Shown in pieces: positions 1-9,348 of a stretch of DNA of 19,393 nt. Both the position numbers and the translations under genes were made by a program. Origin of the DNA: a virus (Duplodnaviria; Heunggongvirae; Uroviricota; Caudoviricetes). How positions within the stretch are numbered: the stretch's first letter is position 1; every line of letters begins with the position of its first letter. The notes under the pieces are model-generated. The model was not told where the DNA came from, searched no databases, and worked only from the letters and a program-made list of their open reading frames with translations. The stretch covers positions 1-19,393 of the IMG/VR virus record IMGVR_UViG_3300018432_000003; one strand, 5' to 3'.

Positions 1-366
1 GACGCCACCTTCCCTACCGAACGCTCTCGGTATGAAGTAGGCCCTACCGCCACCACCACGTTGCTTGCTACCAGTACCCTCATTAGTGAAGATTGCTGGT
101 CCGTAGTCAGTCCTGCTCGTCGCAGAGGCAGAATTGTTGCGCCTTATAACCCTTGCTGGCTTTATACTGCGGGGTATTCTACCGTGGGGTCCCTCACCAG
201 TCTCACCTATCGGTGCATACTGACGCTGGTACCTCTGCATTGCGTTGATGCCTTCCAATACGACTTGTGACATGTCGTTCGGAAGTGCGCTGTTAATACG
301 TCGAACAGCTTCGAGGTACTCACCCCAATTTTCCCACACTGAGAATGTCAGTGTTGCTTTCGCCAT
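1..366 (-). CDS. HK97 gp10-like neck/tail-completion protein (runs off the window edge; not in ORF track)
   Basis: Translated by hand from ATG at 366, 1 nt after the upstream TAA: MAKATLTFSVWENWGEYLEAVRRINSALPND...RQYAPIGETGEGPHGRIPRSI...TDYGPAIFTNEGTGS.... Open for 122 codons. AP-x-x-TG...R-SI and (Y)-x-x-x-x-x-x-GT patterns resemble gp10-like proteins; position follows the adaptor gene. Confidence 0.7.
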   Translation of the reverse strand, partial: MAKATLTFSVWENWGEYLEAVRRINSALPNDMSQVVLEGINAMQRYQRQYAPIGETGEGPHGRIPRSIKPARVIRRNNSASATSRTDYGPAIFTNEGTGSKQRGGGGRAYFIPRAFGREGGV

Positions 367-367
367 G

Positions 368-811
368 TTACGGCCTTATGATGTAAATTGTAGGTCCGAT
401 GTAGCTCGCCTCCAACTGGTCGTACTGGTCGAAGTCGGATAGTGCGAAGAAAGAACCCTCCATAGTATCCACCTCAGTTGAGGGGTCACCTTGCGGCATG
501 CCACCTATGAGGCCAAGCCCAATCTTGTCGTCCACTCTATCGAGCCTACGGTATGCCTCTCTGCGAAGCGTGTCAGCCTTCTCCATATCATCTGCGTTTG
601 GTGCGGTCAATGCATATATGCTTGCCGCCACAGTCAAGTCACGGATTATACTTGCGAGGATAGGGTTTGAAGGTGGAAGTTCGGTCAGCTTTAGGGCAGT
701 CTGTACGTAGTACTCCTGCTCGGTCATTATCTCGTCGATGGTATCCTCCGCCAAGGCGTTGGCACCACGCATGTGCTGTCTAATGTCGTCAGTGTCTACG
801 TAGAACCCCAC
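368..811 (-). CDS. Head-tail adaptor/connector (Mu gp36/DUF1320-like)
   Basis: 147 aa, GTG start with GGGAGG SD. N-terminal Y-x-x-x-DD-I motif and a helical LPPSNPILASIIRDLTVAASIY segment; located downstream of the capsid gene. Confidence 0.7.
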   Translation of the reverse strand: MGFYVDTDDIRQHMRGANALAEDTIDEIMTEQEYYVQTALKLTELPPSNPILASIIRDLTVAASIYALTAPNADDMEKADTLRREAYRRLDRVDDKIGLGLIGGMPQGDPSTEVDTMEGSFFALSDFDQYDQLEASYIGPTIYIIRP

Positions 812-832
812 GCTGACCGTCCTCCCGTTAGG

Positions 833-1315
833 TTACTTGTTGTCGTCAGTAGGCTCGTCGGCGGGAGCCTCTTCCTCGTCCTGGGTGTCATCTTCCTCAT
901 CCTCTTCCGCCTGCGCTTCCGCAGTGCGAATCTCGATGCCTTGGGCAACGTCGTTGTCCGTACCGTTGTCCTCACCCAATAGGCCGAATGAACGGGGGTC
1001 ATCGCTCGGAGCCTCAATCTCGTCTGCATCAATTTCCTCTAGTGCGTCCAGAGAAACAAACCTGTCGATTTCCTCCTGGTTGTACGCATAGAATGCAGTT
1101 GACTGCTTGTGCTCTGGGATGTTCTCGAAGTCAGACCCATCAGTGTACACGACGTAGCCGCGCATTAGTGGGAACCTAATCTCCTGAATGTTACCCTTCT
1201 CGTCCTTGGCCTTCTCGCTGTCCTTTGCGTCAGGGCCAGCAGCACCGCCTGAGCCGCCACTCAAGCGATGCGCACCTAGCCTAAGACGCTCTGTTACTAC
1301 TTGGTAAAGAGCCAT
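833..1315 (-). CDS. Hypothetical protein with very acidic C-terminal tail
   Basis: 160 aa, AGGAGG SD upstream of ATG. D/E-rich C-terminus. Fills the gap between capsid and adaptor genes. Confidence 0.75.
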   Translation of the reverse strand: MALYQVVTERLRLGAHRLSGGSGGAAGPDAKDSEKAKDEKGNIQEIRFPLMRGYVVYTDGSDFENIPEHKQSTAFYAYNQEEIDRFVSLDALEEIDADEIEAPSDDPRSFGLLGEDNGTDNDVAQGIEIRTAEAQAEEDEEDDTQDEEEAPADEPTDDNK

Positions 1316-1333
1316 CTATATTATCCTCCTGTG

Positions 1334-2242
1334 TTATGGCAGTACAAGTCCAGTGAACTTGACAATTGCGCCAGGGTCAGTAAGGAAGGCGATGGTCGTC
1401 CTCTTGCTACGCAAGTAGATACGCTCGTTACGCTCAATCCTCTCGACTGGCTTCATCTGAAGTGGTTCCTCGTCCGCGATACCACCAATCTCGCCTAGCT
1501 GTAGCGCGAAAGCGGTGTCCTTAGCCACGTACTGAGACTTCATGATGTTGAGTCCAGCGAGTTCGCCTACGGTATCCTTGAAGTAAGGATTCTCCGGCCT
1601 GTCACCGAAGAGTTCGCGGAGGTCAGCGTTCTGCTTCAACCTGTTGTAAGTGAAGTTACTCACTACCAACGTGTTCGGCGTGTAAACACCGCCTGCCGTG
1701 TCCTCATCCTCAATCATGTTCGACGCTTCCAAGAGGTCGTCCCAAATTCCTACGGAAGTCGGGTCGTTCCAGTTAACTGTCGGATATGTGCGGATACTCG
1801 GGTTCGTCTTGAGCATCGTCATCGTAACGCCGTCAAGGTGCTTCACCATCGTGTTCAGCATACGGGTAGTAGCTCTTGCGAGTACTCCTAGCTGGTTACG
1901 ACGCTCGTCCTCAAACGTAACGTACGCCTCGATACCGTACTTACGAACCTTGGCAACCTGTGGACCTACGTCCTCCATGTACACGGTATGGAAGTCAGAA
2001 CCTTCCGCGATAGCGAAGTTCTCGTTCGGTTCGTTCTTAGACTCTTCCATGTACGGGTAGGTTGACTCCTGGTATGATACTGCTCCACCTTGTGCAGAGT
2101 ACCCACCAGTGAACAAACTCTCCGCCAAGAACTTGCCCCGGCCCGCTAGGGTAAGGGTTTTCTTGATGATGGTCGGCTCCTTTAGGTAGTCGGCCACTGT
2201 GTGCGAAGTCTGGTTATTACTGAAGTGTGCGTTCAAAGGCAT
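1334..2242 (-). CDS. Major capsid protein (HK97 fold)
   Basis: 302 aa following protease/scaffold and decoration genes. Capsid-like segments: IAEGSDF, VAKVRKYGIEAYVTFEDERRN, PNTLVVSNFTYNRLKQN, GELAGLNIMKSQYV, AFLTDPGAIVKFTGL. Confidence 0.85.
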   Translation of the reverse strand: MPLNAHFSNNQTSHTVADYLKEPTIIKKTLTLAGRGKFLAESLFTGGYSAQGGAVSYQESTYPYMEESKNEPNENFAIAEGSDFHTVYMEDVGPQVAKVRKYGIEAYVTFEDERRNQLGVLARATTRMLNTMVKHLDGVTMTMLKTNPSIRTYPTVNWNDPTSVGIWDDLLEASNMIEDEDTAGGVYTPNTLVVSNFTYNRLKQNADLRELFGDRPENPYFKDTVGELAGLNIMKSQYVAKDTAFALQLGEIGGIADEEPLQMKPVERIERNERIYLRSKRTTIAFLTDPGAIVKFTGLVLP

Positions 2243-2262
2243 TAATCATTCACCCCCTTCTA

Positions 2263-2643
2263 TTACTGGTACTTGAGCACCCAAATCTTGTCGCCCTGCG
2301 CTGCTGCCGCCTGCAATGCGCGTCCGTAAACGCGGTCTGTTGCAGGGGTAACTGCCTGGGCCACACGACCGGCTGCTGCTGGTGTGACATCAGTGTTGAA
2401 TGCAATTGCGCCGTTGGCGGTCAACTGCTGTACACCACGGGTGCTTACGCTTACCCTCTGGTCTACAACGGCATCTTCCTCCACGGCTCCGATTGCATAC
2501 TCGGTTGCTGCTGTGGTGTGCTCAACCCTTGGGGTCGGGCCGTTTGCCACAGTAGGCTTAACCAATCTACCACCTGTTACTGCGGCGTTCGCCACTAGCG
2601 GCAGGAAGTCTGCTACTGTAAAGCGATGCTTTAGAATTCCCAT
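2263..2643 (-). CDS. Capsid decoration/cement protein (DUF2190-like)
   Basis: 126 aa, Ala/Gly/Val-rich, AAGGAGG SD. Pattern AIGAVEEDA...VSVSTRGV...ANGAIAFNTDV...AAAGR...YGRALQAAAAQGDKIWV. Lies between scaffold and capsid genes. Confidence 0.7.
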   Translation of the reverse strand: MGILKHRFTVADFLPLVANAAVTGGRLVKPTVANGPTPRVEHTTAATEYAIGAVEEDAVVDQRVSVSTRGVQQLTANGAIAFNTDVTPAAAGRVAQAVTPATDRVYGRALQAAAAQGDKIWVLKYQ

Positions 2644-2672
2644 ACTACATCCTCCTTCCTTCTAATGGCTGT

Positions 2673-3194
2673 TTAGCTCTCTACTGTCTCGTACTCAAGG
2701 TGCGCTAGGTCTGCAAGGTATGCAGCGGCGTCATCCTGTACCTTCTCGCTTGAGAGGTCAGTCTCGTCCGGGTCCTCGCCAGTGCCCTTCTCAACGCCTA
2801 GGTCGATAGCACCCTTAGTCTCGTCAAGCATCTTCGTGATAAGCTGCACTGGATTCAACTTGACATCCTTCGCGTCGTCACCACTGCCGACACTCAACTC
2901 AATTGCCTCGTTCCTCTGTGACTCGTCTAGCGAGAGCATGAGGGCCTCAGCGTAATCAAGAACAATCGGCGGAACGCCAGCATTCCTGTAGGTGTTGACC
3001 GCAGCCTTCACCGTAGCTGAATAGCCAGCCTTCTGCTGCTCCTGTACCTTAGTCTCAAGAGCCTCATTCTTCTTACGTAGGTCCTCGGTCTGCGCGTCAA
3101 CGGCGAGCTTCAGCGCATCCTTGAATGCGTCACTCTCCATTACAGCAGAGAGGTCAAAAGTCTGCTCGTTCTTCTCGTCGGTCTTGTCAGCCAT
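2673..3194 (-). CDS. Nested in-frame scaffold protein (173 aa) from an internal start
   Basis: AAGGAGG at 3199-3205 lies 4 nt before an in-frame ATG (MADKTDEKNEQ...). Same arrangement as Mu I/Z and lambda C/Nu3. Confidence 0.6.
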   Translation of the reverse strand: MADKTDEKNEQTFDLSAVMESDAFKDALKLAVDAQTEDLRKKNEALETKVQEQQKAGYSATVKAAVNTYRNAGVPPIVLDYAEALMLSLDESQRNEAIELSVGSGDDAKDVKLNPVQLITKMLDETKGAIDLGVEKGTGEDPDETDLSSEKVQDDAAAYLADLAHLEYETVES

Positions 3195-4361
3195 AGTACC
3201 TCCTTCCTCAATTCCTTTATCGTCGTTTACACTCTCGTCCGGGGTTACTCCCTCGAACTCCCCGGCTGAGAGGTCGATTGTCTCATCGTCCGGGTCAATT
3301 CCTGCCTTGACTGCCTCCCACGCACCCATCTCACCTAGGCGCGGGAAGTGTGTTCCTGCAACGTGCAAGAGCGTCGGGCCGTAGTACTTGCCTGTGCTCG
3401 GATGCACGAAGTTCGGGTGTACTTTCACGCTCACACCGAACTCAGGGTTGTGCTCTACAATCTTCTTCGCCTCATCAGTGAGTGAGAAGTCTGCATACAT
3501 CTTCGTAGGGTTCTCTTCGTCGTCCAGTGATAGGGAAGTCACCCTGCCAGCGTAGTCCCTCGGGTGGTCCGTGCCAGCATTGCTCTGGTGTAGGAACTGG
3601 AATGGTACGTACGCGAACGGCTTCTCTTTCCAGTTTGCGTATGCCTTCTTCAGCATCTCTGCCGTGAATCGTACCTTCCTACCTTGGTAATTGATGTCAC
3701 CAACTCTCCAGATTTCCTTGCGGAATGTACCGTCTGCACTCGCTGTCGCGGCATTACCCAACTCAACGACTGGTAGACGGAGCGCAAGCTCTGGCGCTGC
3801 TGACAACTCCATAATATCTAACCACTTGTTTGTGTCCACTTCTGTGTTCACCCCCTCCCCCCAATCATCGGACAACTCTATGATGGCATAGTCCATAAAC
3901 ATCTCGTCAGAGAGGGCGATGCTCTCAGTGATTTCCTTGCCGTCTGCACGGCGCTGTACGCGCCTCTTGGCCTTCTCAAGTTCCAGTATGTCAATCTCAC
4001 CCTCTGCTGCGGCGAGAATCATACCATCAATGAACTCTTCTGACGCCTTCGCCTTCCTCTTCTCCCACTGTGCCACTGCGCTGCATGCTGCGGTCTGTAC
4101 GGCCTTAGAAACGCTGACCTTACCGCCGAATGCCTTGCCGGTTGCACACGTTTTCTTCGCCCAATTGACTGCCGTCGCAATAACCCTGCTTATACTCCAG
4201 CCTGGGTTCTCGCGTAGGATTGCAGTCGCAACACTGTTGATGTATGTAGGTAGGCCACCATTCTTCTCCACCCAATTCTTCAAGGGTGAGAGATTAAGCT
4301 GACCCTTGCGCTCGGGATGGAGGGCTGGTACACCGCCAGCTAGTTCAATCACTGTTGTCAT
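2673..4361 (-). CDS. Capsid maturation protease (Mu gpI-like) fused to an N-terminal helical domain and a C-terminal scaffold
   Basis: 562 aa; ATG overlaps the portal stop (ATGA). Central FRKEIWRVG...LHQ...YAGRV...GVSVKV...LLHVAGTHFPRL is typical of Mu-like prohead protease. Acidic coiled-coil C-terminus. Confidence 0.85.
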   Translation of the reverse strand: MTTVIELAGGVPALHPERKGQLNLSPLKNWVEKNGGLPTYINSVATAILRENPGWSISRVIATAVNWAKKTCATGKAFGGKVSVSKAVQTAACSAVAQWEKRKAKASEEFIDGMILAAAEGEIDILELEKAKRRVQRRADGKEITESIALSDEMFMDYAIIELSDDWGEGVNTEVDTNKWLDIMELSAAPELALRLPVVELGNAATASADGTFRKEIWRVGDINYQGRKVRFTAEMLKKAYANWKEKPFAYVPFQFLHQSNAGTDHPRDYAGRVTSLSLDDEENPTKMYADFSLTDEAKKIVEHNPEFGVSVKVHPNFVHPSTGKYYGPTLLHVAGTHFPRLGEMGAWEAVKAGIDPDDETIDLSAGEFEGVTPDESVNDDKGIEEGGTMADKTDEKNEQTFDLSAVMESDAFKDALKLAVDAQTEDLRKKNEALETKVQEQQKAGYSATVKAAVNTYRNAGVPPIVLDYAEALMLSLDESQRNEAIELSVGSGDDAKDVKLNPVQLITKMLDETKGAIDLGVEKGTGEDPDETDLSSEKVQDDAAAYLADLAHLEYETVES

Positions 4362-5866
4362 GAATCATTCCTCCTGCGCTTTCTCCTGCTTGGGGTACGT
4401 GGGGTTTCAGGTCCACGCATCTGAGAGACTATACTTAGCTCGTCACTCACTTCCTTGCTGCTCGTAGTTGCGCTTAGCTTATCCTCTGCGGCTGTCTTTT
4501 GGTTGTTGTTGTTCTTGTCGTCGCCAGTCACCGCATTCTGACCACTACCCGCACGAGCCTCCTTACTCAAGAGGTTCTCACGTGCAGTCGGTATCGCCTT
4601 AACAATCTGCCTGTACTCTTCGTCGTCGTACTCAATCATCGGGTCAATTTCAAGGCCGAGGATGTCCTCAACACGCTGCATTAGCTGGAGCATGAAGTTC
4701 GGTGTCACGTTCGGTGCGTTTGAACCTATGATTGCCTTGTATGTCTCCAACACTGCGTCGGCAGTCTCGTCGTTGAGAGGACGGAACCTCAGCTTCGGGT
4801 ATGATGCATCCTGTCCGAAGTTGTACTGTACGAGGTCGGCTATCACATAATTGTTTATTGTCTCAGCCATATCGTCCAAGACCCCTTCAAGCTGGTTGAA
4901 GAAGAAGCTGGACTTGTCCTTTGAGAGTGCAAAGGAGCCTCGTTCGCCACTGGTTCCGAGGTCCAAGAACTGTCCGAGAGCCGCTCTAGCCATTTCCCAG
5001 TTAAGGTACTCAAGTGCGCTCTGATAATCTCGTGTGTTTCGCTGTGATTCATAGCTCTCAATCTCTTCATGCTCGTAAAGACCCATGATGCCGTTATGTG
5101 CGAGCATCCTAGCCTTGTCGAGCAAGTGCCTCAACTCAGTCGGGTCGTCACCAGCTACCTTTGCAATCGTACGTGGGAATGCCACGTTCTCTAGGAATGC
5201 AAAGTAGAAGAATGACACCTTCAGCTTCGAGAGGTAGTTCTTGTAGATTGTATCGAAGGGAGTCATACCAAGGATAGGGTTCTCGTCCGCACCGTGGATG
5301 TACACTAGGGCACGCTTCGGGTCGAAGTTCTGCTTTATGTACTTGTTCCCTTTGTATGCATCCTGCTGGAATCCATTGAAGCTACCGTTGGTGTCAGTAC
5401 GCAACTTGCACGTTGCCGGTGGACGCCAACCTAGCTTGTGGAGAACAACCTTGTCCTTGTACTTGCCCCTCTCCTGCACCTTCCAGACCTTCTCGAACGC
5501 CTGGAACCTGTAGATGATTGCGTTAGACATCTGTGCAATCACTTGCTTGAATGGGGTTGTCATGCCCCCTTGCTTGTAGGATGATAGTAGCGCATACTCT
5601 ACGAAGTCACGCTCACCGTTATCCCCTTCGGTGGCGAGGAACTCAAACTGCGCCCCTTTAATGGGTAGCTTCAGTGCAGTCGCAAGCTGTCTAGCCTGTG
5701 CGTCGTTCCTCAACATCTTCTCTAAGTCACGTACACTCGGACCACCGTCCAACTCCATGACCGTCATATCTTGTGGGTTTCGATACACTCGGGCAGGGTC
5801 GTAGGCTGTGCCCGACTCGTACTTGCGAGTATTCGGTATCTCGACCTCTACCTTAGTGATTGGCAT
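4358..5866 (-). CDS. Portal protein (Mu gp29/DUF935-like)
   Basis: 502 aa directly after terL. Segments LEKMLRNDAQARQLATALKLPI, YRFQAFEKVW, HGADENPILG, LNWEMARAALGQFL, GSFALS, INNYVIADLVQYNFG, YPKLRF. Confidence 0.9.
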   Translation of the reverse strand: MPITKVEVEIPNTRKYESGTAYDPARVYRNPQDMTVMELDGGPSVRDLEKMLRNDAQARQLATALKLPIKGAQFEFLATEGDNGERDFVEYALLSSYKQGGMTTPFKQVIAQMSNAIIYRFQAFEKVWKVQERGKYKDKVVLHKLGWRPPATCKLRTDTNGSFNGFQQDAYKGNKYIKQNFDPKRALVYIHGADENPILGMTPFDTIYKNYLSKLKVSFFYFAFLENVAFPRTIAKVAGDDPTELRHLLDKARMLAHNGIMGLYEHEEIESYESQRNTRDYQSALEYLNWEMARAALGQFLDLGTSGERGSFALSKDKSSFFFNQLEGVLDDMAETINNYVIADLVQYNFGQDASYPKLRFRPLNDETADAVLETYKAIIGSNAPNVTPNFMLQLMQRVEDILGLEIDPMIEYDDEEYRQIVKAIPTARENLLSKEARAGSGQNAVTGDDKNNNNQKTAAEDKLSATTSSKEVSDELSIVSQMRGPETPRTPSRRKRRRNDS

Positions 5867-5869
5867 TCA

Positions 5870-7471
5870 TTAACTCCTGTACAGTTCGTAGTTGTAATCG
5901 AATGCTGCCACCAGTTCATTGTCGTCGCCCTCTGCTGCGTTGTCGTTGTAGGCGAACTGTGCGACTGCATCTCTCTCAACCCTAGGCTGGTCACTCCCGT
6001 AGAATGCCATAATCAGTGCCTCAAGTTCGTCCGGGGAGAACCCATGCTTAGCACGTAACTTCTCCTTGCTGTCAATCTGCACCTTACCGTTACCGTCAGG
6101 ACGCCACGTTATCACTGCGGCCTGTTTCTCCACTTGCTCTCTCACGTTGTTATCGAGGGCAGACATGTCAACCCTAAACTCCTGCAAGCGGAGCCTGAAC
6201 TGCCAGTACGCCTCTGCCTTCTTGTTAGTGAAGAAGTTCTCGCGTATCGGCTTAGCCTGTGCTATGAATGGACGGAACCTCAGATTCCTGTACCGAGGGT
6301 CACTCTTCTTGTGCTTCTGTGCATACTTGTATATAATCTGACCAGGACCAACCGCGTCAATCTGTACTAGGTTTGGCATGTACTGGTCTACCCACCTGTA
6401 TAGGCTCGGTGCCATCGGGTTACTCTCTGCGATGACTAGTTCAGACGTGTCAATCTCCTGCCAGCCTACCAAGTCCAACACCTTACCGCCATCACGGTAT
6501 GCCAAGGCGTTGTTGTCAGCACCACCGGCTGCAACGTCGAATCCGAATGTACCGTCACCTACTGCTAGGTCCGGTAGCCCCTTAACCAACTCAGGGCCAT
6601 CTGCGGTGTCCACTATGATGTCCTCAGTCTCGTAGTTGAATGCACGCTCCAACCACGCGAGCGGGAACATAGACATACCACCAGTCTTGGGGAACTCACC
6701 CAGAATACGAATCTGGTACATTGGGGAGTTCACACCCCACTCGTGCTTCTTCTGCTCTACGAACTCAGCAGTCACGAGGCCGTCCACGACCTTGCGACCC
6801 GCCTTCACGTTCGGAGTGTCGTAAGCACTAATCTTTATCGTTTTCTTGACTCCCTTCTTGTTAGGGAGCTTGCACTTCCTTGCAAAAGGACTCTCAGGGT
6901 CATTCGGGTTACCGATTGCAAGCAGGCGGTCCTCTTGGAAGTCAGTGAGGTTACCGTCGATTGAACCCCATATCTCTTCGTTGTCGATACCGCTCGCCTC
7001 GTCAACTACCACTAGCACCTTACCGTGGTAACCCTGGAAACGCTCAGGCTGTCGTGTAGACAACCCTTCCGCGAATACGTCAGGACCAACGTCCAGTCTA
7101 CTCTGCAAAGGCTTCATGCCTAGTACTGGTGCCTTCTGGCACTGCACTGCAATCTTACTCCACAGGATGCTCTTAACCTGACGCCACGTTGGGGCAGTCG
7201 TTATGACCTTACCGTTACGTGTTGACAGCCACCATATCACAATGCCAGCAGCCAACCACGACTTCCCGGCAGAGTTACAGGACTGTACGTAGGTTTCCTT
7301 GTTCAGCAGGAGTGAGTCGAGAATCTCTTCCTGTCTCTCCCACGGCTCCCACTTTAGTACGGTCTTGAAGAAGTATGCAGGGGATGCCCTCCACTTTCGT
7401 ATGAGGTTCTTCTCGCCGTCAGAGAGTCCCTTCCGCTTCCTGCTGTCTGAGAACATTGCATTGGTTGTCAT
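5870..7471 (-). CDS. terL: Terminase large subunit
   Basis: 533 aa. Walker A VQSCNSAGKS, ITTAPTWRQV, Walker B VLVVVDEASGI, coupling motif IGNP, RILGEFP, nuclease motif GFDVAAGGADNN, C-terminal SPDELEAL. Confidence 0.95.
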   Translation of the reverse strand: MTTNAMFSDSRKRKGLSDGEKNLIRKWRASPAYFFKTVLKWEPWERQEEILDSLLLNKETYVQSCNSAGKSWLAAGIVIWWLSTRNGKVITTAPTWRQVKSILWSKIAVQCQKAPVLGMKPLQSRLDVGPDVFAEGLSTRQPERFQGYHGKVLVVVDEASGIDNEEIWGSIDGNLTDFQEDRLLAIGNPNDPESPFARKCKLPNKKGVKKTIKISAYDTPNVKAGRKVVDGLVTAEFVEQKKHEWGVNSPMYQIRILGEFPKTGGMSMFPLAWLERAFNYETEDIIVDTADGPELVKGLPDLAVGDGTFGFDVAAGGADNNALAYRDGGKVLDLVGWQEIDTSELVIAESNPMAPSLYRWVDQYMPNLVQIDAVGPGQIIYKYAQKHKKSDPRYRNLRFRPFIAQAKPIRENFFTNKKAEAYWQFRLRLQEFRVDMSALDNNVREQVEKQAAVITWRPDGNGKVQIDSKEKLRAKHGFSPDELEALIMAFYGSDQPRVERDAVAQFAYNDNAAEGDDNELVAAFDYNYELYRS

Positions 7472-8016
7472 GCACCCTCGTCCTCATATATGACCTCAGC
7501 ATCCTCAATGACCTCATCCTCGCGGTGGACTTTCGCTTGGTCCATCGGAGACATGTTATCGAACTCACCGGACGCCTGCGCCCTCTCCATCATGTCACGG
7601 ATTGTATCCTGTGGGATTTCCCCGTGCATCGTAGGTGCCTCGTGACCGCCTAGCTTGTCCAGCCTAGTAGCCGCCTGTATAGCAGCCTCGAACGACTTAG
7701 CCTGCAAGAGTGCTGGATGACCCTGCGGGTTCTCCATAATCTCAGTGGCCTTCTCCAATATGAACCTGTATACTGCGATGTTCGCCATCTTGCTGTCGCC
7801 ACCAGTGGCACGCTCGAATGCCGCGTGCTCGTTGATGAGAGTCTGTGCGCTCTCCCTGTTCAGACCGTGGTCACGTGCGAGTGCGCTCACGCTCTTCCCT
7901 TTGGCGTTCTCAAGGAACAGGTCGTAACCTAGTTCCGCTCTCTCGTCCAGCGTAAGGTCACGTAGTCTAGTCGTGGCCGGTAAATCCTGCTGACTCATCT
8001 TACTCTGCTCTCCCAA
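7468..8016 (-). CDS. terS: Terminase small subunit
   Basis: 182 aa with an HTH (KSVSALARDHGLNRESAQTLINE), helical core and acidic tail. Stop overlaps the terL start (ATGA). Confidence 0.75.
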   Translation of the reverse strand: MGEQSKMSQQDLPATTRLRDLTLDERAELGYDLFLENAKGKSVSALARDHGLNRESAQTLINEHAAFERATGGDSKMANIAVYRFILEKATEIMENPQGHPALLQAKSFEAAIQAATRLDKLGGHEAPTMHGEIPQDTIRDMMERAQASGEFDNMSPMDQAKVHREDEVIEDAEVIYEDEGA

Positions 8017-8477
8017 TGAGGTATCTGTTTAGAGAATAGGTCCTGTATGACTTTCATCTCGTTCCGCTTAACTATGTCCAGGTTCTCAGTTACGTGCTTT
8101 CTGAATCTCTTCCACTTGGACCTATCCGACCCGCGTTCCTGTCCTTTGACCTCGATGTAAGCCACTTCACCGGGAAGGGGATGGAGTCCGCACTCTGGAA
8201 GTAGCTGTGCAATCTTCTTCTTACTAGTGTTCGTCCATCGTACGACGAAATCTGGACGGTAGGTAAAGGGTCCACGCTTGTATTCGAGGTTCTGAAAAGT
8301 GAACTCTTGGGGTTCATACTCCCATCCATCTATGACCCCTCTGACGACCAGAAGATTGAGGAATCTGGCAAAGTCTCGCTCCCATCCTGATGCAAACTTA
8401 GTGGGTCCGAGGTCTGGGGCTGCTCCCTTCTTAACATTCCCATACTTAGCGTTCCGTCGTCTATTCCCATTTCCCAT
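7995..8477 (-). CDS. PD-(D/E)XK endonuclease (DUF1064-like)
   Basis: 160 aa: NAKYGNVK...FASGWERDFARFL...WEYEPQEF...YRPDFVV...IEVKG...KWKRF. Contains PD and E-x-K catalytic motifs; overlaps the terS start. Confidence 0.75.
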   Translation of the reverse strand: MGNGNRRRNAKYGNVKKGAAPDLGPTKFASGWERDFARFLNLLVVRGVIDGWEYEPQEFTFQNLEYKRGPFTYRPDFVVRWTNTSKKKIAQLLPECGLHPLPGEVAYIEVKGQERGSDRSKWKRFRKHVTENLDIVKRNEMKVIQDLFSKQIPHWESRVR

Positions 8478-8590
8478 AGGGCTATCTCTTCCTCAATTTC
8501 CTGTCTAGCGGAGTACCTCTCGCTACTGCCGCCGTAGGTGTCTTTTGGTCCGAACGTCGGGTCGGTCTGGTCCTTGCGGGTGTTAGACAT
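8330..8590 (-). CDS. Hypothetical protein
   Basis: 86 aa with AAGGAG upstream at long spacing (13 nt). The 3' half overlaps the nuclease gene by 148 nt, so only the N-terminal half is independently supported. Confidence 0.45.
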   Translation of the reverse strand: MSNTRKDQTDPTFGPKDTYGGSSERYSARQEIEEEIALWEMGIDDGTLSMGMLRREQPQTSDPLSLHQDGSETLPDSSIFWSSEGS

Positions 8591-8609
8591 CGTAGTTCAG
8601 TTATTCTCC

Positions 8610-9149
8610 TTATGCACCGAGCAAGTCGTGGTTCCACGTGATTGTCAGTGTGTCGCCAGCACCCTTGTCGAATGATGTGAGCACTGCACGTGCAATCGTG
8701 TTTGCTGCGGTACCCGCCACGTTAGTGATTGGGGTTTCGTTAGTGATTACAACTTCCTGAATACCAGTGTCGGTTGCGACACCAGCAGCCCAGGTGCTAA
8801 CCCATGCTATGCGCCTTGCAGTGCCAGCGCCTCCAGGCTGTGAACTCGTCGGTCCTGATGAAATCGCCACCTGTGAGGCAGTGATGTACGTGCCGATGAA
8901 TGCACCAGCGCCAGTCTTTGCGGCAGCGGTGCTGCTCTTGCCTAGACGCATACCAGTCACTTGGTTCGGCGGTGAGCCGATGCCAGCCGCACGCTCTGCA
9001 TAGTACTGGTCGCCAACGTCGGTAATCCTGTTGATTACTTCCTCATAATGCTTCAGCTTACCGCGCTGGTCGAATAGCTCTACTACTACTAGTCCTTTGA
9101 TACCTACTTCGTCCTCTGGTGTCCAGAGTTCTCTCTTACTCGTCGTCAT
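8610..9149 (-). CDS. Putative virion structural (tail/fibre-associated) protein, about 179 aa
   Basis: Start revised from 9332 to ATG 9149 (GTG 9152 possible) to avoid overlapping the 70-aa gene. Pattern GLVVVELFD...NRITDVG..YYA...MRLG...AAAK...KGAGDTLTITW resembles common small phage tail proteins. Confidence 0.7.
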   Translation of the reverse strand: MTTSKRELWTPEDEVGIKGLVVVELFDQRGKLKHYEEVINRITDVGDQYYAERAAGIGSPPNQVTGMRLGKSSTAAAKTGAGAFIGTYITASQVAISSGPTSSQPGGAGTARRIAWVSTWAAGVATDTGIQEVVITNETPITNVAGTAANTIARAVLTSFDKGAGDTLTITWNHDLLGA

Positions 9150-9348
9150 CACGATTGATGTACACCCCTTCCGAATCTGTCTCCCACTCCGGGCCGGGGC
9201 CTTTAATCTCGTAGTCCACTTCCTCACCAGTTGCGGCTTCCGCCTCCTGCTTGCGGAGGTACTCATCGCGCCACTTCCACTGCTTTCCGGGACCTTTGAC
9301 TTCGACCTCAACGCCGTCAGCGAGAGTAGCATTGTCCGTATTGTCCAT
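9136..9348 (-). CDS. Hypothetical protein (70 aa, acidic, internal EVKGPG/EIKGPG duplication)
   Basis: AAGGAG SD; ATG immediately follows the upstream TAA. Confidence 0.6.
   Translation of the reverse strand: MDNTDNATLADGVEVEVKGPGKQWKWRDEYLRKQEAEAATGEEVDYEIKGPGPEWETDSEGVYINRDDDE

Noticed and set aside
8460-8490. GGGAAAT as a -1 frameshift fusing the 86-aa ORF to the nuclease
   Set aside because: The heptamer is not in X XXY YYZ register in the 86-aa frame. An independent ATG at 8477 explains the nuclease.
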